Of a stretch of 64,000 nucleotides of DNA, positions 1-12,700 are shown piece by piece; the first letter of the stretch is position 1; each line of letters begins with the position of its first letter. The DNA lies in NCBI RefSeq assembly GCF_001194135.2, contig NC_068989.1:61375295-61439294 (forward strand), in the 5' to 3' direction. Origin of the DNA: Octopus bimaculoides. Taxonomy: Eukaryota. The notes below the pieces were generated by a model. The model was not told the origin of the DNA. It ran no database searches and was given only the letters and a program-made list of their open reading frames with translations. The translations under genes were made by a program, and so were the position numbers.

Positions 1-45
<45 letters not shown>

Positions 46-329
46 TTATATGTACGTACAATATATAAAAACAATGAGAGAGAGAGACACAGATAGAGAG
101 CGTGTGTGTACTTGCTGTTGATTGTGGGCGTCAATATATGTTTTAAACAGAAGGTTTAAGACGCGCATATTAGTCTTAGAATAAATGGATACAGAGCAGG
201 CTGGTTTTTGAAAATGACATAATACAATACCAAACATTCTGAAAGCTATTTCTGCACGTTTATTTCCGTAAACATTTCTGATATTTGTAATATTATTATA
301 TACTAATTTTATTTTCATAAATAACCACC

Positions 330-3300
330 GCTATATAACATATAATACAGGTAAATATTTACGCAAATTCTAGCTAGTACGCAGTACCATTCGGATAATT
401 CCATTCACATTATGCATAAAAATATGAGGGTGTTGAAACTCGAGAAATATCAGTTGCAATTTGGATATTTGCTGGACGAAAATGCAATATCACTTGGAAT
501 ATTTTCAAAGATATGTCTAAAATAATATTTTTTTTACAGAAGTGTGTGTTTTGATAATTTATATTTGAATATGAGGACGTAGATTCATGTGGTATAGATG
601 AAACATTATTTCCGTTATTCTTCACAGACATCATGGAGAGGTACTGGAGACGTAAAACGTACAACTGAGTATCAGCTGATGCTTTCTATTTCTGATAGTC
701 ACTAACCCACTTATTCTACACTGTAATGTCCTTGTCAAATCTAAAACGACATGATATTACAGATTAAGGTATAATATATTTTCATGCTCAGCGGTGTTTT
801 CCAATTGTATTAGTGTTTTACTGTAAGAACCTTCGATATCATATCATCAAATATGAAGTCAGTAATATTTAATATAAATTTGTTTCAATAGAATTTCTCT
901 CAATGTAAACTGAGAACATTCTGTATGACCATTCAGATTTACCATCAGTCGGACATAATTTAATTGTCAGCAAATCTTCTTATAAGTGCAATTTGAAGTT
1001 GAGAAAATGTAAGACCGATTAACGCCTTATAAAGTTTAATCTGATTTCTGCACGTTGTGAATTGGAATGCATTACTACTTATGCCTTGGGATAATTGGCA
1101 TAAGTGTAGGACAAATGTAGGAGTAATGCATTCGTCTAATATATATGCTGCAAATGGATCTCGACTCCATTCAAATTCATTCAGTAACTATAATAGACTT
1201 TGACGAAAATGAGGTACTGGATTTAAATAGTTGTAATTTACTGTGAATAATCACGCCATAAAGCCTACACAGGTATTTCAACTAATCGTCTTCAAGAACA
1301 GTACACGCTTTGTAATACTTTACAAGCTTGCTTGGGGTCGAGCAAAAGAGCACTTGGTTTGATGTGATTGAGTCTCTGTGAAAAAGGTGATAACTTCCAG
1401 GAATTCTCTTGGGTACCAGCCATTTAATTTTGTAATTCCAGACGTTAAGTCAAGCAAGAAGAAACATAAGAGTATTATCAAAAATTTGAGAGTACCTGCA
1501 GATGGAATGCACAAAAAGAAACAAAAAATTATAATAAATTGAAGATGGCATTATATTACTTTTAGTCACTGAAAGAAGAAAATCAGCTCGTCTAGAATTG
1601 GTAACTGTAACCCATTAGAATAAAGGTGATGCGATCAAAAATAATTGAATTTACCAGTAGCTACATTCCTGTATTCTGATCGATGCGTGAACATAAGTCC
1701 TCGGATAACTTGAAAATATATTAACCAACTGATCAGAGTTAAAGATATAGTGAATATAATATCTGGTCATGAAAAGTAAGCGTAGCCTCCATGCAATGCA
1801 CTAGATGAAAATCGGATATTGCATCACCTACAAATTTTATCGATTTTGATGACTAAATTTCCCTTCGCGTTTTAGTGTAGAAAGTGTCTCTTTGATACAT
1901 GTTTTAGCTTTCTTTCGGTGATTTTGTCATGAAATTATTTCAAGGAATGTACTAGATGTCAAGATTATGCTTAGCTAATTCTCCACGTGAAAACGTGTTT
2001 AGAATAGGGAAATCCTGCATAAAATTGCTTACAAAATTGTGACGTAGATTTATTCTAACAACACCTACATAGGTATCTCTGACGAGACGTCAAACAACTA
2101 AATATAGCTGGATAAACATATTATTGGAACAGTGAGGTAGATGAAGGCAGACTTTTATTTCTATTTAAAAGGCTTTCGAGTGGATAAATGTAAGTGATTA
2201 TCTGTTAAAGTACGTAATGTTTTGCAATTGAGAAATTGAAACTTAGAAATATTTGCTCAGTCTGGTGATATTTGCGGTCTGATGATTGATGTCTCACATA
2301 AATATTATCATTTCTGCTTCTTGCATCACCAAAAATCCGGTATATTTACTACTTTCATTGGAGAGGACAGAATAAGAATAAGATCAGCAGTGCCGTTCAT
2401 AATCAGAAAAAAAAAATATCGTGAAGCATTATATATTGTATAACAGAATATGAGTCGAAGACAATGATAACTCTGCTCAAAACGAGTGCTATAAGTGAGA
2501 ATATATACAGGAAATATTTGATACTAACAGTCATAGTAGTATCTAGAATTCCCGAGGACAACGAGATAGAAGAATTTCTATAGTATAGGAAGATATGCTT
2601 TGCATTATAATTTGGAGAACTTTATCATTCGAATTTAAAATCCCACGCAGATCAACTTTGCATTTCATCGCTCCCAACAAAATTTGAAATTTTGTCCTAA
2701 AATTAGAAACTGTTATTTGGGATTGCAACGAAAGTAAATGGTAAAGACATTTCCAAAATGTAAACATTTCAAACTGCTGGCTATATGTTAAAGCTGTGAA
2801 TGTTCTAATGTCATAAAGTGTTTGTACCTGAATATCAGTGGATGTTGAATTGAGATAAAGGCACTCGAAGAAGAATAATTGCTTCTCATCGAAGAAGAAA
2901 CAGAGAAAACACTGAATTTCAAAAGATGTGGAATGAATGTGTTGAGTTGGAAATATATCTGTATTTCCAAATAATCACTGTTATCTAAAAGGATACACAG
3001 TACATATGATTCACTAGATTTCAGATTTTTGTTCGTAATTATCTAATCATTTTAACAGTGATTCGAAACTTAAATACTTGTGCGGAAATAGAGCCATGGA
3101 TCACTAACTTAAGAAACTCTATATACTTTAGTCATTAGCCATTATATTCAGTTATTTTTATGAGCTCAGAACCTAGTGATCAATTGAATAACGAGCAGTG
3201 AAGAAAGGCACTAATTCGTATCTCAAATAAATTTTGTACAGAAATGTGAAATGAGAAAAATATACCACTGTTGTATAATATAGCCATAATATGTTGAATT

Positions 3301-3704
3301 TGGTCCAGATTGATTTTAAAGGTGTCGAAAGGTCAATGATCCCTATATGTCAGCTCTTTTCGCCAGACCATGTCAATATGTAGATGAGATTATAACAATG
3401 ATTTCCATATCTGATATTTGATGTTTGAAAACCATTCGAATAATTTAACTATTCTAATTATAATCGCATCAAACATACATAAAATATTCGTAGACTTAGG
3501 ATTTATTAAAAAACAGACAAGCAAACACGCAAACAGAAAGCTACAATAGATAGGAGAGATATTTCCTAGAAAATATTCTAGTGTAGAAACTCGGCGGCGG
3601 CAAACGACAGGATAAGCTTTGTTAATCCTTAAATTCACTTTAGAGATTGTATTTCCCTTACTCCTAATCTCCGTAGTTACGCTACCTGTTAATGAGAAGC
3701 ACAA
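330..3704 (-). pseudogene. Decayed leucine-rich-repeat (LRR) receptor-like pseudogene, possibly a Toll-like ectodomain
   Basis: Manual minus-strand translation gives recurring LxxLxLxxN / xxFxxL-like segments broken by stops and frameshifts: VTTEIRSKGNTISKVNLRIN and STLEYFLGNISPI (ORF 3390-3704), PFDTFKINLDQIQHIMAILYN (~3330-3270), QNLFEIRISAF (~3235-3205), SSLKCLHFGN and QFLILGQNF (~2775-2686), QFLNCKTLRTLTDNHLHL (2238-2185), LRRNT-like CKVLQSVYCS*RRLVEIP (~1325-1270), ENILYLNL*YH (783-751), RLQYLSMM..NNVSSIP and KNIILDISLKIFQVI (ORF 410-664). No microsatellite or recognisable TE lies inside. Caveat: L/I/F/N are over-represented in translations of AT-rich DNA. Confidence 0.5.
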
Positions 3705-4002
3705 AATAAAGTTTGTATGAATGTGTGAGCAATCGCATATGAAATTGCTATAAACTAATTGAGATAAGTGAATTTAAATGATATAGCCATTTTAGCTCTT
3801 TCCTTCTTGCATGCCAGTTCAAGCTACACATTTTAATTTTCGTATAAATTTGCATGGTATTTGTTAATGACGTTGGATTCTTTTAGTTTGATATATGAAA
3901 TCTCATGAAATCTCATGTCTTACCTGTGTAAAACTAATCTATGAATACATGAAACGGCTGTTGAAACAGCTGCTGTAAATTCTGAACATTATTTCTGTTC
4001 TA

Positions 4003-4005
<3 letters not shown>

Positions 4006-4056
<51 letters not shown>

Positions 4057-4210
4057 CGTGTGCGTATGTGCGTCTGCGGGGTGTGCGCGCGTGTATGGGA
4101 GTGTATGTGTGTCTGTGTGTATATATGTTTGTGTGCGTGTGTGTGTGTACATACGTGCAAACACAATAGTATATAGTTGTGTCTGTACGCGTGCTTATAT
4201 GTATGTGTGT
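4006..4210. repeat. Compound (TA)n/(TG)n microsatellite
   Basis: Directly visible; explains ORFs 3939-4226 and 4040-4246. Confidence 0.95.
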
Positions 4211-4769
4211 GTATTATTCCACCCAAAAATATCTTGTAAAATTTAATTGAGTGTCACGTATTACTTTTGTGTTTTATGGTATCTATCGATGTAATTTTGC
4301 TGTACGTGACTTGGGGTAGTATTTTAGGATTAGAATTTATGAGTGAAATTTCTTGTTACTGTATTTTGTATGGAAACTTTGAATCCTTAATTTTATGATT
4401 AAATATTGGATTGTTTTATATCTATTGTTTTTATGGTTTTTGGCATGAAGGAAAAACACCATAGAAGAATATATTCACTACCTGGAATGCTATCATGATT
4501 GATTCGTAGTTTGTTAGATATTTCATTTAATACCGTGATCAATATTTTTTTTATTTTCAGCCATTGAACTATGATCGCGTTAGGACATTGCTTTCAAGGC
4601 TTTATAGAAAACGTGTTCTCCCCATTACTTATTCACTTTGTCCTTTTTGTATACTTAGTCTTGTTTATGTATCTGCCAATGTACAAGATATAAATCCACT
4701 CAGCATTAAGAATAGCCTCTGTTTTGTAACACCGGTAAATATAATTGCCGAAACGCTTAAACACGCAGA

Positions 4770-4800
<31 letters not shown>

Positions 4801-4899
4801 GCAAACATACACAAATACAGACAAATACAGACTTGCTTGTATGTCTGTTTCTGTAAATATGTTTGTCAAAATCCGCATGTGGCTGTAATCGTAGTTTCT

Positions 4900-5040
4900 G
4901 TATGAAAGATTTCACTCAGTCTTGGTTAAATAGGTGTTATGGAAGAAGTCATTGACGAAATGTGATGCACAGGAAAGCGAACACGTTTACACGTAGTTGT
5001 GAAGCGAACTTCTTAACCACTCATTCATACTTGCGCCTAG
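4900..5040 (-). mobile_element. Degenerate tRNA-derived CORE-type SINE head
   Basis: Reverse complement reads aggcgcaagtatgaatgagtggttaagaagttcgcttc (A-box-like) and is collinear with the SINE at 31279-31441. Confidence 0.55.
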
Positions 5041-6855
5041 AAACACACGGGACATAATTGTATACCTCATTCTTAACGTTTCAGCGCGCAGATAGTTAAT
5101 TATAATTTGCAGTGTTTTATAGCAAGTAAAATAATTACCAGCGTAATATTATTATATATTCAACTATTCATTTCCCAGTACACCCATAAACTTCCTCATT
5201 ATAACACGTCAGTTATTAAAACAGATGTAATTATCATGTGATTAATACTTCACAATAATATTTTTGGCTGAATAAATATTTGTTTTTCTCAAAGAAAAAT
5301 CCGTCAGTCTGCAATTAATTCCGGTTTAAAATTGAATATATTTCATTGTTAATTTATAGCTTCTATTTTTGAAATACTTTACATTTAATGAATAATTCTT
5401 ATAACACGTAATTCATTGCCTATTAGCAAATAATTCACTCTCTCCCACGTTTTCATATGCAAATCAGATATAAAGTTTGAAACAGTTTACGCACAACAAG
5501 AATGTGAATGTTTCTATTAAGCAGAAGAGGCTGGTAGTATCGAGCCTTACATTGTTTCCACTATTTTCACTCTTGAACTTGAAACTATACAGTAGCTGCT
5601 AATTGTCGGTCTGCTTAGCTATTCTATATTAATTATTCTGTATAAAGCTACAACACATCTTTCGTAGTAGTGTACCAACATACTTTACCTGGTGGAGATG
5701 TCCAAAGCTGTACATACGCTGCTTGTTGCTATTCTGACATAAAACAGCAGACTCTGGCAACTTTATTCTTCTTAATTTAATGAAGTATAAAATAGTACAG
5801 AATGAAAACATCCATCTTGAAAATAAAACTAGGCAAATTTCAGAATAATATTTCATATTATCCTCAATTCAAGCGAAAGCAAAATAATCAATAATAGATG
5901 TAACTATATAATATGCCGGAAGTGAACATGTCAGTGTATGACGTGAGAACGTGATTTGCTACATCAACAGAAATATTTATTAAAACAAAGAAACAAATAT
6001 ATTGTTTACTAATTCGTTGTATTAAACGCTGGCAACAAAATCAGTGAGATGCACAGAGGGGTCATTTATAAGTATTATGTCTTCTAGAGACAGACAGAAA
6101 AGTGCGATTTAAAGAGAAAGAAAAGCAAGAACGACGAAAATTTGGGAAAGGTATGTCAAAGTTAAATAGCATAGACCATCCGAAAAAAATATTGCATTTA
6201 TAAAAAAGAATAAATTGCAACAGGAATGATATTTTTATTTTTTGATAAGGCAGACTAACCACTGAGTGAGAGCATGAGATGGAAAATAAACTCTGTGCAT
6301 ATCACAAGCGAAAATACTACAAATAATGGTCCATTATTAGGAAAATATAAAGCAACATGGCATATACTCGAGACATTAGTTATTATTAAACGTTGGTTAA
6401 AATGAAGTACTATACGCTGTCTTTGATTTATAAAAAAATAAATACCATTTCGCCATACTAATTATTCGCAGAGACATTCATTCTTATGAGATACATCCGA
6501 TAAATTTCGAGATACGACCAAATATGTCTGGAAATTTAAAGATTAATCGCCTGTCAAGTTAAGAACCTAAAGTCATGAAACAATGGCTCCACAATGGTAC
6601 GCATAGGTAAAATATTATGAGACGATCGTAGATAATTCCCTGGAATGTGCTATAACAACAAAAATTATTTAAAATGAGTAGTAAAATTTATTTAGTGTAT
6701 AAAATGTTGATAGTTCATATTTTGATGGTTCATGTGCTCAGAAGTAGGGGCAATTACAAATTTCCTGGAACAGATATACCCTTTACGATAACCTAAATAA
6801 ATTTATGGTATATTGGTAGAAGTAACGATACTGTAAACCACAACATTTGACCACA

Positions 6856-6915
6856 CGCACACACACACACATACGCGTATATATATATATATATATATAT
6901 ATATANNNNNNNNNN

Positions 6916-6958
<43 letters not shown>
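6856..6958. repeat. (CA)n/(TA)n microsatellite with 10-N assembly gap (6906-6915)
   Basis: Directly visible. Confidence 0.95.
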
Positions 6959-6960
<2 letters not shown>

Positions 6961-7789
6961 AATACATCGTTCAGTATATGGATGTCGGCTTCTACATGTA
7001 CGACTACCGGTCCACAAAAATCCGACATGCGGATACGGTCAGAACGTCTGCTGCGTCCCGTCTTGCCACGTCTTCGAACTTCCGTTATACATGATTACTA
7101 AATGAGATTTTGTTGGCTCCCTCTGTGTCCCTCTGTGTCCCTCTGTGTCAGCGGTTTTCGTCTAACAATACATGAAAATAACTCCTGACAGAACAGGGTC
7201 TTTTTCGCATTTAGTAAAGACGTCCATTGCTGGAAACATATCTCGGATAATCTTCGAAAGACTTCATTCTCCCAGAAACGTCAAATTGTACATACAATGA
7301 CCGTACATAAAAAATACAAACACACAAACGTATAATTATATAGGCACGTAATCGTATGTGTATATGTATATTTGTCTGTATATATGCGTATCTATCTATG
7401 TATGTGAGTGTGTGTATATATGAGCAATTCAAAATAAAATAAAACAATTAAACCGTGGTAAAAAAAACAAGAACAAATACAATAATACTGATTTTATATT
7501 CAGGCTTATAAATGGAAAAAAAATGTAATTTTAGCTGTTTTGCATCTAAAAAAAGTAAGCGAAAAAAAGACGATAAAAGAGGAAGTACATAAATAAGAAA
7601 AAAAATTAGAATAAGTTATTTTGTATTTGAGGAGATCAGAGGTATTTCGTATTTGAGGTTACCGTCTTATCGTGGATATGCGAGTGTGGTTGCATGAAAG
7701 CGTGTAGGCTTGTTGTGGGTGAGTATATGTATCTGCACTTTCACCATGACAAATCTTTAATGTTGTAAGACTGCCTTCTGTGAATGCGT

Positions 7790-8420
7790 GCTTATAGTTG
7801 GTAATATCGTGGTAAAGTGATCGAAGTTTGAGCCTGATCACCCCATTTTTTTCTAGCTTTACTGTGTAAGCATGACCGCTCCACTTGCTATGTGCACCAA
7901 AGAAGAACAAAGAGCAGCGATCTGATTTCTCTGGAAAACAGGTGTATGATTAACAGTGCAAGATACAGTGCTTTGCTGGCCAACAAACTGAAGCCAACAA
8001 TTCGCACCAAACTCTGAAGCTCATTGGCGAAGAAGTTTTGTTGTTGCCTGACAATGCACGCCCACACACATCCGCTCAGATCATTGAAACCATTAACCGA
8101 TTGAGTTTTCAGGTGCTGGGACACCCTGCCTACAGCCTAGATATTTACCCTTCTGACTATCATATATTTCGATTGTTCAAAGATAGTTTACGAGGTCGTC
8201 GAATTCTCACGGATGAAGATGTTCAGGAGCGATGCATAGATGGTTGCATGACCAAGTGAAAGCATTCTTCTTGTTAGGTATATGCAAGCTTGTGAGCCCT
8301 TGGACCGAATGCATCGAAAAGGAAGGACTATATCGAAAAATGACGTACTTGTTTATTCCCTGCTTATGTAGAAATACAATGAAAAAAACAAGTGCTTATA
8401 ATTTTTGACTCTCCCTCGTA
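7790..8420 (+). mobile_element. Internally deleted mariner (DD34D) transposon
   Basis: N-terminus MTAPLAMCTKEEQRAAI*FLW from 7872 is joined to the catalytic C-terminus LLPDNARPH...HPAYSLDIYPSDYHIF (ORF 8038-8259; matches HDNARPH and HPPYSPDLAPSDY motifs). Right TIR ...gactctccctcg followed by TA at 8419-8420. Confidence 0.9.
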
Positions 8421-9291
8421 CACCTCTCTGTCTGTCTGTCTCTCTTATATATATATATATATATATATAATATATGCATATGCATACACGTGTGTATGTA
8501 CGTATGATAAATATTCAGATAGAATCGGGGACTTGAAAAGATATACACTATGTAGTGTTGGATAAACTTGTAGTCATCGCCTATGATTGATAACTATCAG
8601 ATAGGATATTCCGGTTGAGTACAAAGAGAACACCAACCCTACGAGCGTTTAGCGCCTAGGGGCCGGTCCAAAGTATACGTTGATTGTACGTTATTGGTCT
8701 ACTCCAGAGTGTCAGACGTATATTTGTGTGTGTTTGTGTGTGTGTGTATGTGCAAGCCTTGTTTGTAGGAAAGTTTATATTGAGTCCATATTTATGTATG
8801 TGACAGGATTAAAAAACACATTTGTGTAGCTGAGAAAGTATTATGCATTTAGGATTTTGCTTTATGTGAGCATATGTGTTTTAAAGTGTGATTTGTTGCG
8901 TGTAAATATCTCTAGTCAGTGCCAAGATATGCATCATGTCAGAAAAGGTTTCTTTCACTTGAGCAGCGAGGAAAATTAATTTTGAGAGAAATCCAGGAAG
9001 AAGACACATTTGGGATGTTAGACGCCATTTTAAATTAGCGTGTTAAATGTGACGAAATAATTTACTACTTTTTTTTCGTATTTGATAGATTGACCAGAGG
9101 ATAGAATGGCAGAGTGTCAGAAGGACAGTGTAAACGTCCAGATATGGACGTTGGATCGGTTTACTAAAGTAGCCAGTAATGTATGTATGTAAGTATTATG
9201 CGTGTATGTATTTACTTTTATACAAATATCCCTACATGTATACAATACACACGCACGCACACATACACACATATATTGATACATACATATA

Positions 9292-9490
9292 CGAAGGGAC
9301 GCTGAAAAGCTCTCGGCTTTGGCTAAACGAAAACAGTAGAATAATTTATGATTTTATCAAACATATTCCCCTCACGTACTTCATTCGTCCTTCAGTTTTT
9401 TAAATATCTGTAAAGGAACTCGGAAGGTTGGTCGTCCAACCAGGCATTTTGCAAAACCCTTCAAACCAAGAACCTTTCAGCAACTCCTCG
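9292..9490. mobile_element. Mariner-derived MITE (~200 bp)
   Basis: Imperfect ~30 bp TIRs (cgaagggacgctgaaaagctctcggctttgg vs reverse complement cgaggagttgctgaaaggttcttggtttgaa), flanked by TA on both sides (9290-9291, 9491-9492). Confidence 0.8.
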
Positions 9491-9499
9491 TATACAGTT

Positions 9500-9670
9500 C
9501 TATATTTAAGAGATGAGGAATTATGTACATTATTTACATTCGACGGATATTTGTCCTCATCTTGTTTGTTATTAACACAAAGTTACGGCTGATATAACCT
9601 CCAGCCTTCATGAGGTGTTTTGGGGAAAATTCCGAACCTGGGTTCTCATTCCTAAGGTATTTTTTTAATG

Positions 9671-9727
<57 letters not shown>

Positions 9728-9785
9728 CATATGGCGTAGTGGTTAAAAACGCAGGTTACTAAACCCAAGATTCCGAGTTCGATTA
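9500..9785. mobile_element. Solo Penelope-like terminal-repeat fragment with internal inversion
   Basis: 9550-9665 is homologous to 48154-48265. It is followed by (TAT)n, then a tRNA-like head (9726-9784) in the opposite orientation to that in the 48 kb copy. Confidence 0.8.
9572..9622 (-). ncRNA. Decayed minimal hammerhead ribozyme, copy 1
   Basis: Minus strand AACAC CTCATGA A GGCTG-gaggttatat-CAGCC GTAAC TTT GTGTT. Stems I and II are intact; core is mutated (CTCATGA, GTAAC). Confidence 0.55.
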
Positions 9786-12700
9786 TATATATATATTGTG
9801 TGCGTACAGAACGTGACGTAGAGGGAATGTAATTGTAACGCTTTCACGAGATAAGTTGAAGGGAAAGAAAAGATAAAGAAAAAAGTAGAGAGAAAAAGAG
9901 GATAAGGTGAAGACTGATACAGAAAGAGGGAGACATGAAGTAGGGAACGTAATATTTATTATGTGGTTAAAAGTTAGTTGAAGTTAGTGATGATATAGCA
10001 GAGGGGTGATGTTCTGATGGCGAGGTTAAAGAAAGGCAGAAATATAGAGAGAGAGGGATGGAGGGAGTTTGAGAAAAAGAGATGATGATGGTGGTGGATA
10101 AGGAGGCGGCTGATGTGGAGGCGGTGGGGGCAGCTAAGGTGGTGGTGGTAATTGAATTGTGAAAAAGTGTAATTAAAAAAAAAAATTAAACTAAGTTTTT
10201 TTTTGTATATCACCTATCATTTAACGCATGCGCGTAAGTGCAATTCCATGAAATACAGGATCCTGCAGATAAGCTGAGTCCAATTTTAAGCATATGACTC
10301 AGTGGGTTTAACATTTTATTTTTTGACAAAACCTTGCTTAACAATCTAATATTGCTCTTTATTTTTCAGGGAAATAGCGAACTCATTCGACAATAGAAAA
10401 TCATAGAACATCAGAATCGTCCCGCCATTGTTAATTTGGTGCGCGGCGGGCACATTGCCAATAAAATTTGTTAAGTTGACTGAACTTCCAAAAGCAACGT
10501 GTGTATAACGAAGTTAAAGAAGAAAGAAAGATTGATAGAAAAGAACACAAGACTCGAAGCAAGTCCACGCGCAATCCAAAATTTCTTCTTGGCTTTAAAC
10601 GCTCGATTGAATGCAACCTATCCACATCCATGAAAACTCTTGCAAACACTATATTCTATATTTTCTTTTTACATCGCTACTTCGTATTGCTAGTTTCGTC
10701 TAACGAGACTATTAACTCCAAATCTTCAGATTTTATCATATCTGTTCTATGGCTACGGAAGCAATATTTAACTTATTAATTTATTTCGATTAACATAGTT
10801 GTCACAATATTGGAAATAAATGTGTGCCCACAAGAATGTATATGTATCGTTACTTATTTAATATTTTATGTTTGTTCTTTTTTTTATATTCTGCTTATGT
10901 TTTCAGCATTTCAAAGAAAATTTGTGAAATTAGATTCCAGTGTCTTCAGTAAAATTGTTCATTTTGAATTATAATAATGGATCAAATTAACTAAACATAT
11001 ATTATCAATTAGGCTTATTTCGTTGCACCAGATGTAAGAAATATACTGTTTGTTCTTTCGCTCTTAAATCATTCACTATAATGGAGTTCTGCGGATTAGA
11101 TCAAGATAGCGGAAAACAGTTTAGTTTAATCGGATATATTTAAGATAAATGCAAGGGTACGGATCAATAAACACAATCATGTATTTCACAGATTTTCCAT
11201 TCAGTTTATATATTATCCCATACCTTCCAGATGGTACGCAAGGCCGGTACTTAGACGCTAGGAGAATTACGTTAAGTCATCGTGGGATCAATAATATAAT
11301 TGCATTACCTTCTTAACCTCCCCTGTATATATTTTCTTTAAGAAGAGAAGATAAACGAATATTAAGTATTCGTCTGAATAACTCAGCAGTAGGCGTTTAG
11401 AGCTCCACATCTTCAATTTACATCAAATTTAATGTGAACCTATTCAACTTGACTTATTTTGATATGAAAAAACAAAAAACAAATGGGCAATCGACGACAG
11501 CATCTGTTTATAGTGACTTTTATTACTAACATCTTTTCTGCATACCGAGATCAAATACTGCTGAGAATGACATTGCCTTTCTTCTGTCAAGGACATGTGT
11601 CGTTCTAAGAGAACATCAATAGATATGCAGAGCAGTTTATGCAAAAGTTTTCAAACTAGAGTAACACAAGTTATAGTGTAGAATATGATGAATACTCTAT
11701 ATTAGTTTCAAACACACACCTACCACAGAAATTGTAACTATCTCATATTTTGCCAATTATTATTCTTGTACTAATAGGAAACTTGCATGATACATAAGTT
11801 ATTCCGAACTGAAAAAATCAAATTCTATCTACCTTCATCACCAGTTTCGATATTCTAAACAAAATTGAACGTTCTTGTTTCCATATCAGTAATGTATATC
11901 GCCTTTGTATTTTTCCTTATATTCATAAATCAACGCATATATGCAAAATATATTTTTTCCCAACCAATGCATAGCAGTGTTTTATATGTTACCATTTCAG
12001 AGGTAAGTACGTAGATAATCTAACGCACTTCATAAAATAACTATGTTATTTTGTCTGTTGAATACCTGCCAGCATCCATTCAATTATGGTTATCACAAAA
12101 CGTAAACAAAATCTAAGAAATAAGAGAGCATTTATATTATCTCGAATATGTTCCCAAAGAACAACATTAAACTTCTTGGAATGTTTTTCTCTGATGTCAT
12201 ACTTAATGCATGTAAACATCACTATTTTTTTATTTTCTTCTCCTTCGATTTGGGTGCTGGCAAACCCAAATAGAGCCAGTGCGCATACAGTTTCGCCTTA
12301 GATGCTAACAAAGTATGAGAGAAGTAATTTTTTTTACTAATAACTTCTCAGAAGGTCGATGTTAAAAACGGTAATTGCAGTAGGAAGACATTTTGCATGC
12401 CAAAATAAATGCCTCCAACGGTTTCCAGGAGAGGAATTCTGCCAGAAGTATTATTTGATGCCAGAGTCTTTACTTACTCAAAATATAACACATATATTAC
12501 GAAAATTGTAAATTTCGAAAGTAAGATGCACCAGACATTGCGAAAGACGTATAAATCTTCTTTTAAATTACACGACATTATTTTCACTAATAGCAATTTT
12601 CAATAGTGACAAATTAAACAAATTGAGAAAACTTTCAAGGAAATACTTGCACGTAAACCAATTTGTGACAGCGAAAGAGATACTACGTTAATTGTAAGCG

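Noticed and set aside
1440-1514. Signal-peptide-like LKFLIILLCFFLLDLTSG after an acceptor-like site at 1496, as the start of a separate gene
   Set aside because: The frame closes after 64 codons and the segment lies inside the longer LRR-like block. A second tandem pseudogene cannot be excluded but is not separately supportable.
2068-2090. CTGACGA-GACGTC-AAAC and other CTGATGA hits (near 18003, 18955 minus, 29776 minus) as hammerheads
   Set aside because: No stem II closed by GAAA at the right position.
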